Shown here piece by piece: positions 38,043 through 47,507 of a DNA stretch of 64,000 nucleotides. How positions within the stretch are numbered: the first letter of the stretch is position 1; the number at the start of each line of letters is the position of its first letter. Origin of the DNA: a virus (Duplodnaviria; Heunggongvirae; Uroviricota; Caudoviricetes); IMG/VR virus record IMGVR_UViG_3300042009_000020, positions 37,780-101,779 of that record, one strand, 5' to 3'. Below the pieces are notes generated by a model. It was not told where the DNA came from. It searched no databases and saw nothing but the letters and a program-made list of their open reading frames with translations. Made by a program: the position numbers and the translations under genes.

Positions 38043-38966
38043 ATGACGTTGACTAGAATGATTTACAGTGACAACCTCTTGTCACAAGACAAGATTGGTA
38101 TTTACAAGATCGAAAACCTTGTGAACGGTAAGGTCTATGTCGGTAAAACTGTTAATTTCCGAAGTCGCTACAACACCTACAACTCAGCATTCAGAACTAA
38201 TCGGACGACTCATATCAACCGATATCTAATGAGTTCTTTGTCAAAGTATGGCATTAGCAATTTCAAATTCAGCAAGCTTGAATCTTGCTCACTTTCTGAG
38301 ACTGGGGATCGAGAACTTTTCTGGATGGATCAGTTGGACTCGTGTTCTCGCAACGCTGGTTACAATCTGAGACGCGACAGTTCTACCGGCATGGAAACTC
38401 ATGAGGACACACGTGCTCACCTTTCTAGCAAAATTATCCAGCAATATGCAGATGGAAAGCGTGATAAAAGAAAGATCAGTGAATTCTTTAAAGGGTTTTG
38501 GTCGAATCCTGTTGTCAAAGACGAAATGGCGAAGCGTGTTGCTGAAGTTAACCGTTCTTATTTCATTCAGAGAGACAAGACCACATCTGACATTGTTTGT
38601 GTTTGGGATGGTATAAACCAGATCAAAGCAGCAAATCCACAATGGAAATGGCAGAATATTTATGCTGCGTGCAATGGAAGCAAACCATCATACCTTGGCT
38701 TCAAATGGGAACGCTCATCTGAAATCCCAGAAGGTTGTGAGCATCTTGTCCACAGAGGTGAGAATGTTCTGTTCAAGGATGTGGATAAAACACATTTACC
38801 TCGAACCAACTCACTGGTGTACACAGTGCATCATGGTGAATTTAAGGGTGAATACACTGGTGTTGAACTTTCTAAAATTTATGCGGCCATGTACAATGCA
38901 TTCTGCAAAGCAAAGTGTAATGAAATTTACTGGAAACGTGGTAAAACCAAAATAACTAGGGGATAA
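38043..38966 (+). CDS. GIY-YIG homing endonuclease
   Basis: GIYKIENLVNGKVYVGKT..R..Y motif; inserted between two polymerase-associated ORFs. Confidence 0.8.
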   Translation: MTLTRMIYSDNLLSQDKIGIYKIENLVNGKVYVGKTVNFRSRYNTYNSAFRTNRTTHINRYLMSSLSKYGISNFKFSKLESCSLSETGDRELFWMDQLDSCSRNAGYNLRRDSSTGMETHEDTRAHLSSKIIQQYADGKRDKRKISEFFKGFWSNPVVKDEMAKRVAEVNRSYFIQRDKTTSDIVCVWDGINQIKAANPQWKWQNIYAACNGSKPSYLGFKWERSSEIPEGCEHLVHRGENVLFKDVDKTHLPRTNSLVYTVHHGEFKGEYTGVELSKIYAAMYNAFCKAKCNEIYWKRGKTKITRG

Positions 38967-38974
38967 AAGGCATC

Positions 38975-39511
38975 ATGAAACATCAAGAGATTCTGGATGC
39001 TTTGCGTGAAACGGTTAGCAGTGGTTCGATCAAGACAAAAGGAGCATATGAGTGTCTACCATATGATGAATTGGGTTGGCACAAGAACCATTCGTCTATG
39101 GTCATTCAGTTGGCGGTTGCTGCTCATTTGCTTGAGCTTTGTGACTATAAGACATTTATTATGAATCATAAAGACCCTTTTGATTTCTGTCTTAGAACAA
39201 AGGTTCCAAGGTCTAGTCGTCTTGTCATGGTTTTTAAAGACAGTTTTGGTGTTGATGAAGAGGTGGTGGTTCAGAATATCTGCCGGTATGTTCCCGTGAA
39301 GGATGGTGGTAAGTTGGTGAAAATAATGCCACCGCTACCCGGTGGTACAGATGAGAGACGACTGAGCATCGACAGCAAGTATGACGTGAGAGAATGCAAT
39401 GACATGGATGACTTTGATTGGAATATTGATTATGATTACTATTTTGACAAAGCCGAAAAGCTTGTAAATGCTATCATCGGTGATGACTCGGACGAAGGTG
39501 AAGAAGATTGA
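38975..39511 (+). CDS. hypothetical protein; candidate C-terminal (thumb) fragment of the split DNA polymerase
   Basis: 178 aa, acidic tail; position right after HEG insertion; no motif match I can verify. Confidence 0.35.
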   Translation: MKHQEILDALRETVSSGSIKTKGAYECLPYDELGWHKNHSSMVIQLAVAAHLLELCDYKTFIMNHKDPFDFCLRTKVPRSSRLVMVFKDSFGVDEEVVVQNICRYVPVKDGGKLVKIMPPLPGGTDERRLSIDSKYDVRECNDMDDFDWNIDYDYYFDKAEKLVNAIIGDDSDEGEED

Positions 39512-39520
39512 AAATAGTGG

Positions 39521-39548
39521 TTGACAGACGATCAGGATCACGTAGAAT
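39521..39548 (+). promoter_or_regulatory. promoter TTGACA-N16-TAGAAT
   Basis: consensus -35; ORF-track ATG 39521 lies inside it, real start at 39575. Confidence 0.6.
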
Positions 39549-39574
39549 GGTCGTCATCAACAAGGAGATACGAA

Positions 39575-39745
39575 ATGAACACACATGGTTTGATCTTGAT
39601 TACTGTTGCATTGGTCATCTGGTCAACGGCTGTTCAGTACACAATACCAAGCAGGGAGGGTAGGGTGGTTATTGGTATACTAGGTGCAGCCATCATTGGT
39701 GGTGGTTTCGCTCTCAAAGGCATCACATTACTTGGAGGTTATTGA
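39575..39745 (+). CDS. small membrane protein
   Basis: 56 aa, 2 TMDs, AAGGAGA SD. Confidence 0.45.
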   Translation: MNTHGLILITVALVIWSTAVQYTIPSREGRVVIGILGAAIIGGGFALKGITLLGGY

Positions 39746-39748
39746 AAA

Positions 39749-40006
39749 ATGAGTCAACTTGCAAATCTGGTAGATCGAAAACTTTCTGTTTGCTCACAAA
39801 TCGAGTTTGGTGATATCCTGCAAGGTATCGACAGTGAGAAGGATGCCCTTGATTTGGTAATGGCGCTCGACCTTGCTCAAGAAGATGTTGGCTTCACAAT
39901 CAAGCTGATCAATATGTTGTTCAAGTCCCTGCGTGTGGATCTGGACAAGCAAGAAGCTAAAGACGTGATCAAAGAACTGAAACAACTCAACAAGAGTATT
40001 GCTTAA
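39749..40006 (+). CDS. hypothetical protein
   Basis: 85 aa. Confidence 0.45.
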   Translation: MSQLANLVDRKLSVCSQIEFGDILQGIDSEKDALDLVMALDLAQEDVGFTIKLINMLFKSLRVDLDKQEAKDVIKELKQLNKSIA

Positions 40007-40341
40007 TGAATGCAAAATTGAAGGGTAACGTGGTAACGATCACAATTGACGGAATGAATAATGTATTCCGTAACGTGCATGAACTTGGTGTGGAAGCTTT
40101 CTCTGTTGCAAGAGTGAGTAAAGCTGTGTATGATCTGTCATTCCCGATGAACAAAGATCATCATCGAATCTTTGCTGGTTTGATTCATCGTCAAAATGCT
40201 GAAAACAAATTGAAACAAAAGGTTGACACCAAAGGTGGTAAGCCTGATAATACGCCACCAGACGGAACTCCACCACAAGGTGGTACACCGGGCTCAACCA
40301 AGCAAAAAGAATTTGTAAACACAATGGCAATCGCTGCATAA
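40006..40341 (+). CDS. hypothetical protein
   Basis: 111 aa, Pro/Gly-rich C-terminus. Confidence 0.45.
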   Translation: MNAKLKGNVVTITIDGMNNVFRNVHELGVEAFSVARVSKAVYDLSFPMNKDHHRIFAGLIHRQNAENKLKQKVDTKGGKPDNTPPDGTPPQGGTPGSTKQKEFVNTMAIAA

Positions 40342-40401
40342 AATCGTTTGACACACAATAAGCACAAGCGTATACTGCGCACACATTCAAAGGAGAGTAA
40401 T

Positions 40402-40671
40402 ATGACAACTCGTAACGAACCATCCATCGGTAATCTGGTAACTGGTCTGTTCACTAAAGCAAAAGTATCCCATACCGTGCTGGTTGAGGAAGCTCTTGAT
40501 GCATTCACCAAAGCAGAACAAAAGATGTCGGCTGCTATCGACACAATCAATATCCATATCGATGCAGACAATCGTGAGATTCAAGAAATCAACGAGCGTA
40601 TCGAATCGTCTAACAAGTCGAAAGATCGCATCACTCGTGTTCTGGATCGTGTTAAAGCACTAACTGCATAA
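40402..40671 (+). CDS. hypothetical protein
   Basis: AAGGAGAG SD before ATG 40402. Confidence 0.45.
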   Translation: MTTRNEPSIGNLVTGLFTKAKVSHTVLVEEALDAFTKAEQKMSAAIDTINIHIDADNREIQEINERIESSNKSKDRITRVLDRVKALTA

Positions 40672-40682
40672 GGATCGTCACC

Positions 40683-40892
40683 ATGTTGCAATCTGAATTT
40701 GAAGCGTTGAAAATCGGTGATAAAGTAGTATATAATGGTGCTCTCCAAGAGTATCATGAGTGTAAAGTTGGTGAAGTGATTACACGAGTTGAATCATGGT
40801 TGGATTGTTCAAGCACTATGCGGTTTGATCATACTGTTGATTGGGATTTCTTTTCTGCTGACCAAATTGATCTGATTAAGGAAGTAGAATGA
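40683..40892 (+). CDS. hypothetical protein
   Basis: 69 aa. Confidence 0.4.
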   Translation: MLQSEFEALKIGDKVVYNGALQEYHECKVGEVITRVESWLDCSSTMRFDHTVDWDFFSADQIDLIKEVE

Positions 40893-41158
40893 GTAAGAAG
40901 AATAAATTGGGTGCACCAACCATCAACCTTAAAGGTGCTGACTTTATCCATACAGTTCCAGAACATCTGAAACTTGAAGTGATCATTCACTGGAAAGGTG
41001 GTCCTAAGTTTGCACCTGAGCATATCAATCCTGTTCATGCTTTCAGCATTCAAGATGGTAAGTTCAAAGTGATCAACCGTAACTTGCTGGACACTTGTTA
41101 TACGTTCAACATTAAAGAGATTTCGAAAGTATATCTGTTACCAATGGGAGAAGTTTAA
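40889..41158 (+). CDS. hypothetical protein
   Basis: 89 aa, ATGA overlap. Confidence 0.45.
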   Translation: MSKKNKLGAPTINLKGADFIHTVPEHLKLEVIIHWKGGPKFAPEHINPVHAFSIQDGKFKVINRNLLDTCYTFNIKEISKVYLLPMGEV

Positions 41159-41568
41159 TGACAATCCGTCAAAACCTGATTAACCGTATTCTGGCTTGTG
41201 ATTTGATGGATCGCAATGATCAAGAATCGAATTTCAACCAATACCAAAGTGAGTATGATGAAGTAAAACTCCCTGACCATCTGCACATTTTCTTCTCGTA
41301 TTACTCGTATGAAGACTACAGTGGTTACGGGTTCGTGTACGGATACGATGAATCAACTGATACGTTCTTCTATAACTCAGGCAGTCATTGCTCGTGTTAT
41401 GGTCTGGAAGGTCAATGGGATATTGAAGAGTACACCTTCGAACAAATGGTTGCGTGTATTGAGCGTGAAATTCAAGCGTACAGCAAAGAAGATCATTACT
41501 ATGAATCTGACCGTTCGCTGAATGAAACGAAGGTTGAACTGTTGAAACTTGTTCTAGGAGATGTTTAA
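41158..41568 (+). CDS. hypothetical protein
   Basis: 136 aa, Tyr/acidic-rich. Confidence 0.45.
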   Translation: MTIRQNLINRILACDLMDRNDQESNFNQYQSEYDEVKLPDHLHIFFSYYSYEDYSGYGFVYGYDESTDTFFYNSGSHCSCYGLEGQWDIEEYTFEQMVACIEREIQAYSKEDHYYESDRSLNETKVELLKLVLGDV

Positions 41569-41849
41569 TGGCTGTAACACTGGTAGAGAAGTTTGACAAG
41601 TTCGATGCAGAGAATCCGGGTATCTACTTCCTGTTCAAACGATTCGCAAATGACTTGATCAGTATGGGTCGTAAGAAGATTAGTGCTGCTTTGATCATCG
41701 AGCGGATTCGTTGGGAAGTGAATATCAGCACTCAGTCAGATGATGCATTCAAACTGAGCAACAACCATACTGCGTTCTATGCACGTAAGTTCATGAACGA
41801 TTACCAAGAGCACGGTGATATCTTCCGTACTCGTGCACAACAAGCGTAA
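41568..41849 (+). CDS. hypothetical protein
   Basis: 93 aa. Confidence 0.45.
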   Translation: MAVTLVEKFDKFDAENPGIYFLFKRFANDLISMGRKKISAALIIERIRWEVNISTQSDDAFKLSNNHTAFYARKFMNDYQEHGDIFRTRAQQA

Positions 41850-41858
41850 GGAGAAGTA

Positions 41859-42011
41859 ATGAAAAAGAAATATGCATATCAAGTTGGTGGCATTGCTGTT
41901 GCCACTCGTGAAGCCGCACGTATTATCCAGCGTTCATTTCGAACCCTCGACACTGTTGCCGCTGCACCACGCATTATTCAAAAGATCACTATGGAGAGAA
42001 TTGTACGATGA
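41859..42011 (+). CDS. hypothetical 50-aa protein
   Basis: AAGGAGAAG SD; packed between neighbours. Confidence 0.35.
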   Translation: MKKKYAYQVGGIAVATREAARIIQRSFRTLDTVAAAPRIIQKITMERIVR

Positions 42012-42100
42012 GCATTCTGACTAAGTTTCGCAAACTGGCTGCCGACACTGCTGAAGTTAAGAAAGCAGTTCAACGTCTTGAACGCAAACTGCGAGGTTAA
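42008..42100 (+). CDS. hypothetical 30-aa coiled-coil peptide
   Basis: ATGA overlaps both sides. Confidence 0.25.
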   Translation: MSILTKFRKLAADTAEVKKAVQRLERKLRG

Positions 42101-42102
42101 CA

Positions 42103-42399
42103 ATGAGTAAGATTGTACTAACACGTGAGCAAACCAAATACCTCTGGGGTGAAGAGTGTAGTGAAGAACTTGGATTGGTTCTTCAGGAAGAGGGTGAGTG
42201 GTATGTTGACTATAAGTGGCAACATATTACCAATATCTACTTCCAAGAAAGCACCGGTAAGTATTACGAAATGACTATTAGTCGAAGTGGTAGTCCATAC
42301 ACTGACTACTATTACAGTCATGAGGATTCAGGTGCTGAACTCAATGAAGTTAAGCTAGTTGAACGTAAAGTAGTAACTAAGTCTTGGGAGAGTGTTTAA
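42103..42399 (+). CDS. hypothetical protein
   Basis: 98 aa. Confidence 0.45.
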   Translation: MSKIVLTREQTKYLWGEECSEELGLVLQEEGEWYVDYKWQHITNIYFQESTGKYYEMTISRSGSPYTDYYYSHEDSGAELNEVKLVERKVVTKSWESV

Positions 42400-42686
42400 T
42401 GAAGTATCTTGGTAAGTTTACACTTTCTGTAGTCAGTATTGCATTGTACATCTTTGCACTTAGCACTCTGTATACATGGTTTGCAATTCCAGCAGGAGCA
42501 CCGTTGATTGGTACTGCTAACATATACGGTCTCGCAATGATTGTTAGTTACATCACAATCAAAAACACGGATCTACAACAAGCTCACGAAAAGGGTAAGC
42601 TCAGTAATACCAATGTAGCTGGTCTTCGGATTGTGATGAGTTTGTTTGTTCTTCTCATTGGTTACATTACAACCTTGTTCATGTAA
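42399..42686 (+). CDS. membrane protein (3 TMDs)
   Basis: TAATG overlap; hydrophobic. Confidence 0.45.
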   Translation: MKYLGKFTLSVVSIALYIFALSTLYTWFAIPAGAPLIGTANIYGLAMIVSYITIKNTDLQQAHEKGKLSNTNVAGLRIVMSLFVLLIGYITTLFM

Positions 42687-42713
42687 AAAGATTCAAGAAG
42701 TGGTTATTACTTG

Positions 42714-42742
42714 TTGACATCAGTGAGCCACTTCTGTATAAT
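42714..42742 (+). promoter_or_regulatory. perfect consensus promoter TTGACA-N17-TATAAT
   Basis: both hexamers exact, optimal spacer. Confidence 0.75.
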
Positions 42743-42837
42743 GGGCGTTCATGTTGAGTGAAGAGCATGAACAACCGCAAAACATATCTGCTGCCATCAT
42801 ACAGCAAAATGAATAATCCGCAAAAGGAAAAACATAC

Positions 42838-43914
42838 ATGTCTAAGAAGTTCGTATTTAACGCCCAAGTCCCACAATCCAATCCAGAAACTGCCAACGTA
42901 GACTTTGATGCTCTGTCGAAGCATGTTGTCGAAGCAGTTGGTTGTGCTGACAAACCAGAAGCACTCATTGGTATTGTTTCCGGTGTTATTGACTTGGGTC
43001 TGCAAGCACAAGAAGACGCCAAGATGGAGTGGAAAGGTACTGATGCTGAGAAAGCTGAAGTAGAAGCAAAAGCAGCTCGTGGTGAATCGAAAGAATACTT
43101 TGAAGTTGTTCCACATGGTCAGAACAATGTACCAACCCTGTGCAAACGCTGGCCTGTAAAAGCACAACGCTGTGTTGCCTTGAACGTTGACTTCCCTGAC
43201 ACGTTGGTTAATCGTGGTCAGTTCTTTGATGAAGATAAAGTTGGTGAACCACTTCCATTCCGTGGGTTGTTGAACAACGAGTTCGGTCTGAAAGGTGTCG
43301 GTAAAGTAGTTGGTAAACCATACAGTCTGCGTGAACAACGTAATGACGATGGCACTTGGGGCTTTAAGAACAACACTATCTTGTTCAAACTGGCTCAGGC
43401 AACTAACCAACTGGATGCACAGAGTAACTTCAAACCAGCAATGTTGGGTAACTTGATTGGTGAGGCTGCAATGTTCAACGTTCATGTCTACTTGAATGAA
43501 CATGCTGGTAAACATTATCTGAATGAGAAACTTGCATTCAATGGTCCTGTACCAAAAGCAATGCAGAAGATGGTTCCTGTGTTGGATGAGAAGTTCATGC
43601 ACGTTGTCAACTTCAAAGGTGAACAGGATCTGGAAGTGTTGAAGACTCTTCGTCAGTCGGTTATCAACACCATGAAAATGGCTGAAGACTTCGAAGGTTC
43701 TGATGTTCAAAAGGCTCTGATCGAAATTGGTAAGATCAAAGTTGGTGAGACTTCTGGTACTTCTGGTGAAACTAAACCACAAGTTGCTCAACAGGCAAAA
43801 CCTGCGCAGCAAGCAGCTCCGGCTGAAACTATCAACTTCGACGCATTCGATGACGATATTCCATTTGGTTATATCGGAATGCAAGAAGGTCGCATGTTTT
43901 TGCACATGATCTAA
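42838..43914 (+). CDS. abundant early protein, candidate ssDNA-binding/annealing protein with SSB-like acidic tail motif
   Basis: 358 aa behind a perfect promoter; near C-terminus FDAFDDDIPF equals E. coli SSB tip DFDDDIPF, followed by 15 more residues. Confidence 0.4.
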   Translation: MSKKFVFNAQVPQSNPETANVDFDALSKHVVEAVGCADKPEALIGIVSGVIDLGLQAQEDAKMEWKGTDAEKAEVEAKAARGESKEYFEVVPHGQNNVPTLCKRWPVKAQRCVALNVDFPDTLVNRGQFFDEDKVGEPLPFRGLLNNEFGLKGVGKVVGKPYSLREQRNDDGTWGFKNNTILFKLAQATNQLDAQSNFKPAMLGNLIGEAAMFNVHVYLNEHAGKHYLNEKLAFNGPVPKAMQKMVPVLDEKFMHVVNFKGEQDLEVLKTLRQSVINTMKMAEDFEGSDVQKALIEIGKIKVGETSGTSGETKPQVAQQAKPAQQAAPAETINFDAFDDDIPFGYIGMQEGRMFLHMI

Positions 43915-43958
43915 CTGAAAACAGCACAAGGATGTGCAACTTACAAAAGGATTAGAAA

Positions 43959-44171
43959 TTGAAAGTAATCCAAGAACAGACATTCGAAGTTAGAAGTATG
44001 TTAAGTGGAGAGGTGAAGACCCGTATTCGCTCTGACAGTACTTGGTACTCCTCAGAATACTACATCCCTAAGATGGACCGATGGAATGTCTCTGGTTTGT
44101 TCCTCTCGCTTTCCGAGTGTGAGGTTAGACAGAAGGCTTTCATCACAATGCACAATAAAATAATGGTTTAG
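43959..44171 (+). CDS. hypothetical protein
   Basis: 70 aa. Confidence 0.4.
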   Translation: MKVIQEQTFEVRSMLSGEVKTRIRSDSTWYSSEYYIPKMDRWNVSGLFLSLSECEVRQKAFITMHNKIMV

Positions 44172-44183
44172 TGGGAGAGAAGT

Positions 44184-44339
44184 ATGAAAGAGATTGCACT
44201 GGTTACACTGATTACCGAAGGGGATGAAATGGTCATTGACGCTTACACAGACTTTGACAAAGCAAACGAAGTTGTAGTTGACCTGATCTTTAAAACAGGT
44301 AACCCAAACTATTACGTTCAATATGTGGAGTTGCACTAA
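44184..44339 (+). CDS. hypothetical 51-aa protein
   Basis: GGAGAGAAG SD; TAATG coupling to next gene. Confidence 0.35.
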   Translation: MKEIALVTLITEGDEMVIDAYTDFDKANEVVVDLIFKTGNPNYYVQYVELH

Positions 44340-44524
44340 TGACTGAAGTAATTACTCTGACCAAGCTGGAACTTACCGAAGCTTTTGCTGCTTGGTATGA
44401 AGATTACAAAAATGATCCAACCAAGTTTGAAGACTACGACACAAAAGGTTATGATGGTGTTAGTTATGCTGTTGGTTCCACAAACATGTTGATCAAGTAC
44501 ATCAATAAAATTAAAGGAGAATAA
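44339..44524 (+). CDS. hypothetical protein
   Basis: 61 aa. Confidence 0.4.
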   Translation: MTEVITLTKLELTEAFAAWYEDYKNDPTKFEDYDTKGYDGVSYAVGSTNMLIKYINKIKGE

Positions 44525-44525
44525 A

Positions 44526-44855
44526 ATGACACTATTTGTAAACGCTGAAACTGGTGAACTGCTGGATCAAACCGATATCGAAGCTGGTGAGAAGCCTGTT
44601 CTGAGTGCTGAGCAACTACTTGAACAACTAACTCGCTTGAACAAAGAAATCAATACCCGTAAGTCTGATATCAAGCAACTGATCACAGACACCAAGTTCA
44701 ACAAGAAAACTAACCCAAAAGGTCTGGATGGTAAAGAAGTTAAGCAGATTGCAAAGACTGCTGTACGTTATGCGGCAGCCGATTATGAAGAGAAAAAGTT
44801 TGAACAACTTGAGTTCTTCCAAGCTTACGAACGGCTCACCAACTACAACGACTGA
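44526..44855 (+). CDS. hypothetical protein
   Basis: 109 aa, AAGGAGAA SD. Confidence 0.45.
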   Translation: MTLFVNAETGELLDQTDIEAGEKPVLSAEQLLEQLTRLNKEINTRKSDIKQLITDTKFNKKTNPKGLDGKEVKQIAKTAVRYAAADYEEKKFEQLEFFQAYERLTNYND

Positions 44856-44895
44856 TCGGGTTATCAGTTTAGTAGTGACAATTTGAGTTATACAA

Positions 44896-44924
44896 TAGCC
44901 CGCCATTGAGCGGGCTTTTGTTAT
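44896..44924 (+). terminator. intrinsic terminator
   Basis: AGCCCGC..CATTGA..GCGGGCT stem followed by TTTTGTTAT. Confidence 0.7.
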
Positions 44925-44938
44925 CTAGAGGAAAGTAA

Positions 44939-45115
44939 ATGAAAGTGTATGTAGTTGAAAGTATTGAAACTGGTGATCGAGCACGTGTTTATGGTAAAGG
45001 TACTCGGGTGTATGTATCCAAGGCAGCAGCAATTGCAAAGGTTCAACATAAAAGAGGATTACGTGTAGCTGAGTATGAACTCGTACCAACTGGAACTACA
45101 TGGAGTAACGTATAA
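44939..45115 (+). CDS. hypothetical 58-aa protein
   Basis: SD GAGGAAAG; TAATG overlap with next gene. Confidence 0.35.
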   Translation: MKVYVVESIETGDRARVYGKGTRVYVSKAAAIAKVQHKRGLRVAEYELVPTGTTWSNV

Positions 45116-45435
45116 TGGGTGTGTCTTATGATTCGATGACCTACATTGGTATTTACGCTGGTGATTCAAAAGATGATGCAGAACAATACTTGATTGCAAA
45201 GGGTCTTTTAAAACCAACAGAACTTGAAGTTATTTATGGTGATGACATTCAATCAATGTACGATCAGGGTTTCCCACTGAATGTGCAATGTGAGAATTAT
45301 TACTCTGGTCGTGGTTACTATGTGGGATTTGAAACTCACCCATCCAGCTACAAAGACTTTGATGGTTTGATTGCAAAGTTCAAAGAACTTACTGGTGATG
45401 ATGCCGAAGTAATTACCTTCGAACAAGTGAACTAA
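45115..45435 (+). CDS. hypothetical protein
   Basis: 106 aa. Confidence 0.45.
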   Translation: MGVSYDSMTYIGIYAGDSKDDAEQYLIAKGLLKPTELEVIYGDDIQSMYDQGFPLNVQCENYYSGRGYYVGFETHPSSYKDFDGLIAKFKELTGDDAEVITFEQVN

Positions 45436-45444
45436 GGAGACGTT

Positions 45445-46086
45445 ATGGCTAACCCGAATGGTAGACCTTTAATTGGTAAGTCACAATCCAAGCACGGATT
45501 CTACAACTCAGGTGGTGTCCATAAAACTTGGGTTAATAATGTAAAGACAAAACCTTGTCAACTATGGGAAAACATGAAGAGTAGAATTGACTACCTCCCA
45601 ACAGTTGACGAAGGAAAGTTTGGAAAGTATTCACTTGTTGAAGTTTGTGATGACTGGAAAGACTTTCAATTGTTCGCTGAATGGTTTTCACAGATGGTTG
45701 TCGATGGTAAATACAACCAAGGTTGGCAACTCGATAAGGATATTCTTTTCAAGAATAATACAATGTACTCACCTGAAACCTGTGCGTTCTTACCTGAAGA
45801 GGTGAACAAGGCTCTAAACATCAAGAGTCGGTTCCGTGGTGAGTTACCGGTTGGTATGTCGAGATACAAGGATAAACCTCATCTGATTGCTGTTGAATAT
45901 CGGTGTAAGAACAAAGACTTCTGTGTAAGGTTCAACACAACAGATAGTAAGATTGAGGAATCATTTTTAGTATATAAGCGCGCTCGTGAGTCTTATATCA
46001 AACATCTTGCAAATCTATACAAGAATCAATTGGAAGAACGAGCGTACAACGCATTGCTTAGTTATGAAATAACACTGGAGGATTAA
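45445..46086 (+). CDS. AP2-domain putative homing endonuclease (HNH-like core) paralogue 1
   Basis: core WQLDKDILFKNNTMYSPETCAFL..VN and C-terminal AP2-like DNA-binding domain; paralogue of 48723..49313. Confidence 0.55.
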   Translation: MANPNGRPLIGKSQSKHGFYNSGGVHKTWVNNVKTKPCQLWENMKSRIDYLPTVDEGKFGKYSLVEVCDDWKDFQLFAEWFSQMVVDGKYNQGWQLDKDILFKNNTMYSPETCAFLPEEVNKALNIKSRFRGELPVGMSRYKDKPHLIAVEYRCKNKDFCVRFNTTDSKIEESFLVYKRARESYIKHLANLYKNQLEERAYNALLSYEITLED

Positions 46087-47099
46087 TGACACCTACACCT
46101 ACACATGCAATCATTGACATGGACATGTATAAATATGCAGCGGCTCATGTCGGTGAAAAGAAGTCGATTATTGTGACTCATAAAACCGAAGACTGGTCTA
46201 AAGAGTACAAAAACAAGACCGAATTTTGGGGGCACTGGAAAAAGAAAGCAGGTGGTGACCTAGCTGAAATGAACACTAAGCGAACAAGTCCTTGGTCATC
46301 TGAAGAGTTTGACATTCAGATTGTACAGACACCTGAACCAATCGCTAACGTTCTGCACACTGCGAAGGTACTTGTTGATGACGACCTCCACGCAACTGGT
46401 GCAAAGACATATGAGGCATACTTGGGTAAAGGCGACAGCTTTCGTGTCGAACTAAGTACATTGTGGAAATACAAAGGTAATCGAGAAGGTGAAGATGCAC
46501 CACCTAAACCTTTAGCACTTGACCAAGTTACAGAGTTTCTTCATAGAAAATATAAAGCTGAGTATGTCGAAGGTTTGGAAGCCGATGACATGTGCGTTAT
46601 TCGTGCGTACAAAAACCCAAATGCCTTTATTCTTCTCGAAGATAAGGACTACTGGGGTTGTCCTGTAAACGTCTATGATGTTAACCAGCGACATCGTGGG
46701 ATCGTAGACTGTAACAAACTTGGTAACCTGTTTGTTGACAGCAAGAAGAAGGTCCGTGGAGAAGGTCGTAAACACCTTTATTACCAAGTGATTAGTGAAG
46801 ACACCATTGATAACTATAAGGCTAATTGTTTTTCAGACATCAAGTGGGCTTCAACATCTGCATTCAACACGCTGGTGGATTGTAAGACTGACAAAGAATG
46901 CTTTGAGGCAATGGTGCACACATTCAAACATCTGTATCCAGAGCCGAAAGTTGTACAAGGTTGGCGTGGTGATGATATCCAGATTGATTGGATCTATGTC
47001 ATGCAGGAGATGTTTAATATGGCTCATATGAAAAGGTTTGAGGATGAACCATTGTTGAATGTTAAAGAAATTCTTGAACGAATGAAGGTGGAACACTAA
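46086..47099 (+). CDS. 5'-3' exonuclease / flap endonuclease (T5 D15 / T7 gp6 family)
   Basis: AIIDMDMY N-terminal Asp cluster, KYKGNREGE and GLEADDMCVI motifs matching FEN family (LPEYKGNRD, GVEADDM). Confidence 0.75.
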   Translation: MTPTPTHAIIDMDMYKYAAAHVGEKKSIIVTHKTEDWSKEYKNKTEFWGHWKKKAGGDLAEMNTKRTSPWSSEEFDIQIVQTPEPIANVLHTAKVLVDDDLHATGAKTYEAYLGKGDSFRVELSTLWKYKGNREGEDAPPKPLALDQVTEFLHRKYKAEYVEGLEADDMCVIRAYKNPNAFILLEDKDYWGCPVNVYDVNQRHRGIVDCNKLGNLFVDSKKKVRGEGRKHLYYQVISEDTIDNYKANCFSDIKWASTSAFNTLVDCKTDKECFEAMVHTFKHLYPEPKVVQGWRGDDIQIDWIYVMQEMFNMAHMKRFEDEPLLNVKEILERMKVEH

Positions 47100-47320
47100 T
47101 GGCTAAGTGGTACTGTTCAAGCGATCCATCTGCTGGTCAAATCTCTGAAGTTGACCATAGTATACGACGTGCAATCGAACTTATCCTTGAGCGTTACACA
47201 AAGGATATGGAGAACTACGGTTACTACGGTTCCAACATGGGAGTGTCTGAGGATGATTATGAAGACATTGCTGAAGAGGTAATGGATGTATTAGAACTGT
47301 GGGAGAACAAAGATGAGTAA
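47099..47320 (+). CDS. hypothetical acidic protein
   Basis: 73 aa. Confidence 0.4.
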   Translation: MAKWYCSSDPSAGQISEVDHSIRRAIELILERYTKDMENYGYYGSNMGVSEDDYEDIAEEVMDVLELWENKDE

Positions 47321-47507
47321 GAAAGTCTATGGTTACGTGATCATCGATAGTGAAACGGGTGAACAATGGGGTGATACATACGCTTCTAAAGCGGGTGCAG
47401 CCGCATCATATAACAGTCACTTCAACAGTCCGTGGCGTAACGTTGATCGTCACAAGTTTGCAGACCAGATGGTGTATGTTCGGAAAGAGTTGGTGTTAGC
47501 GGAATGA
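47313..47507 (+). CDS. hypothetical protein
   Basis: 64 aa. Confidence 0.4.
   Translation: MSKKVYGYVIIDSETGEQWGDTYASKAGAAASYNSHFNSPWRNVDRHKFADQMVYVRKELVLAE

Noticed and set aside
42679-43983. 434-aa minus-strand ORF antisense to the SSB-like gene
   Set aside because: Lies opposite a gene driven by a perfect promoter. Low-complexity Phe/Leu/Cys-rich product. No RBS or promoter.
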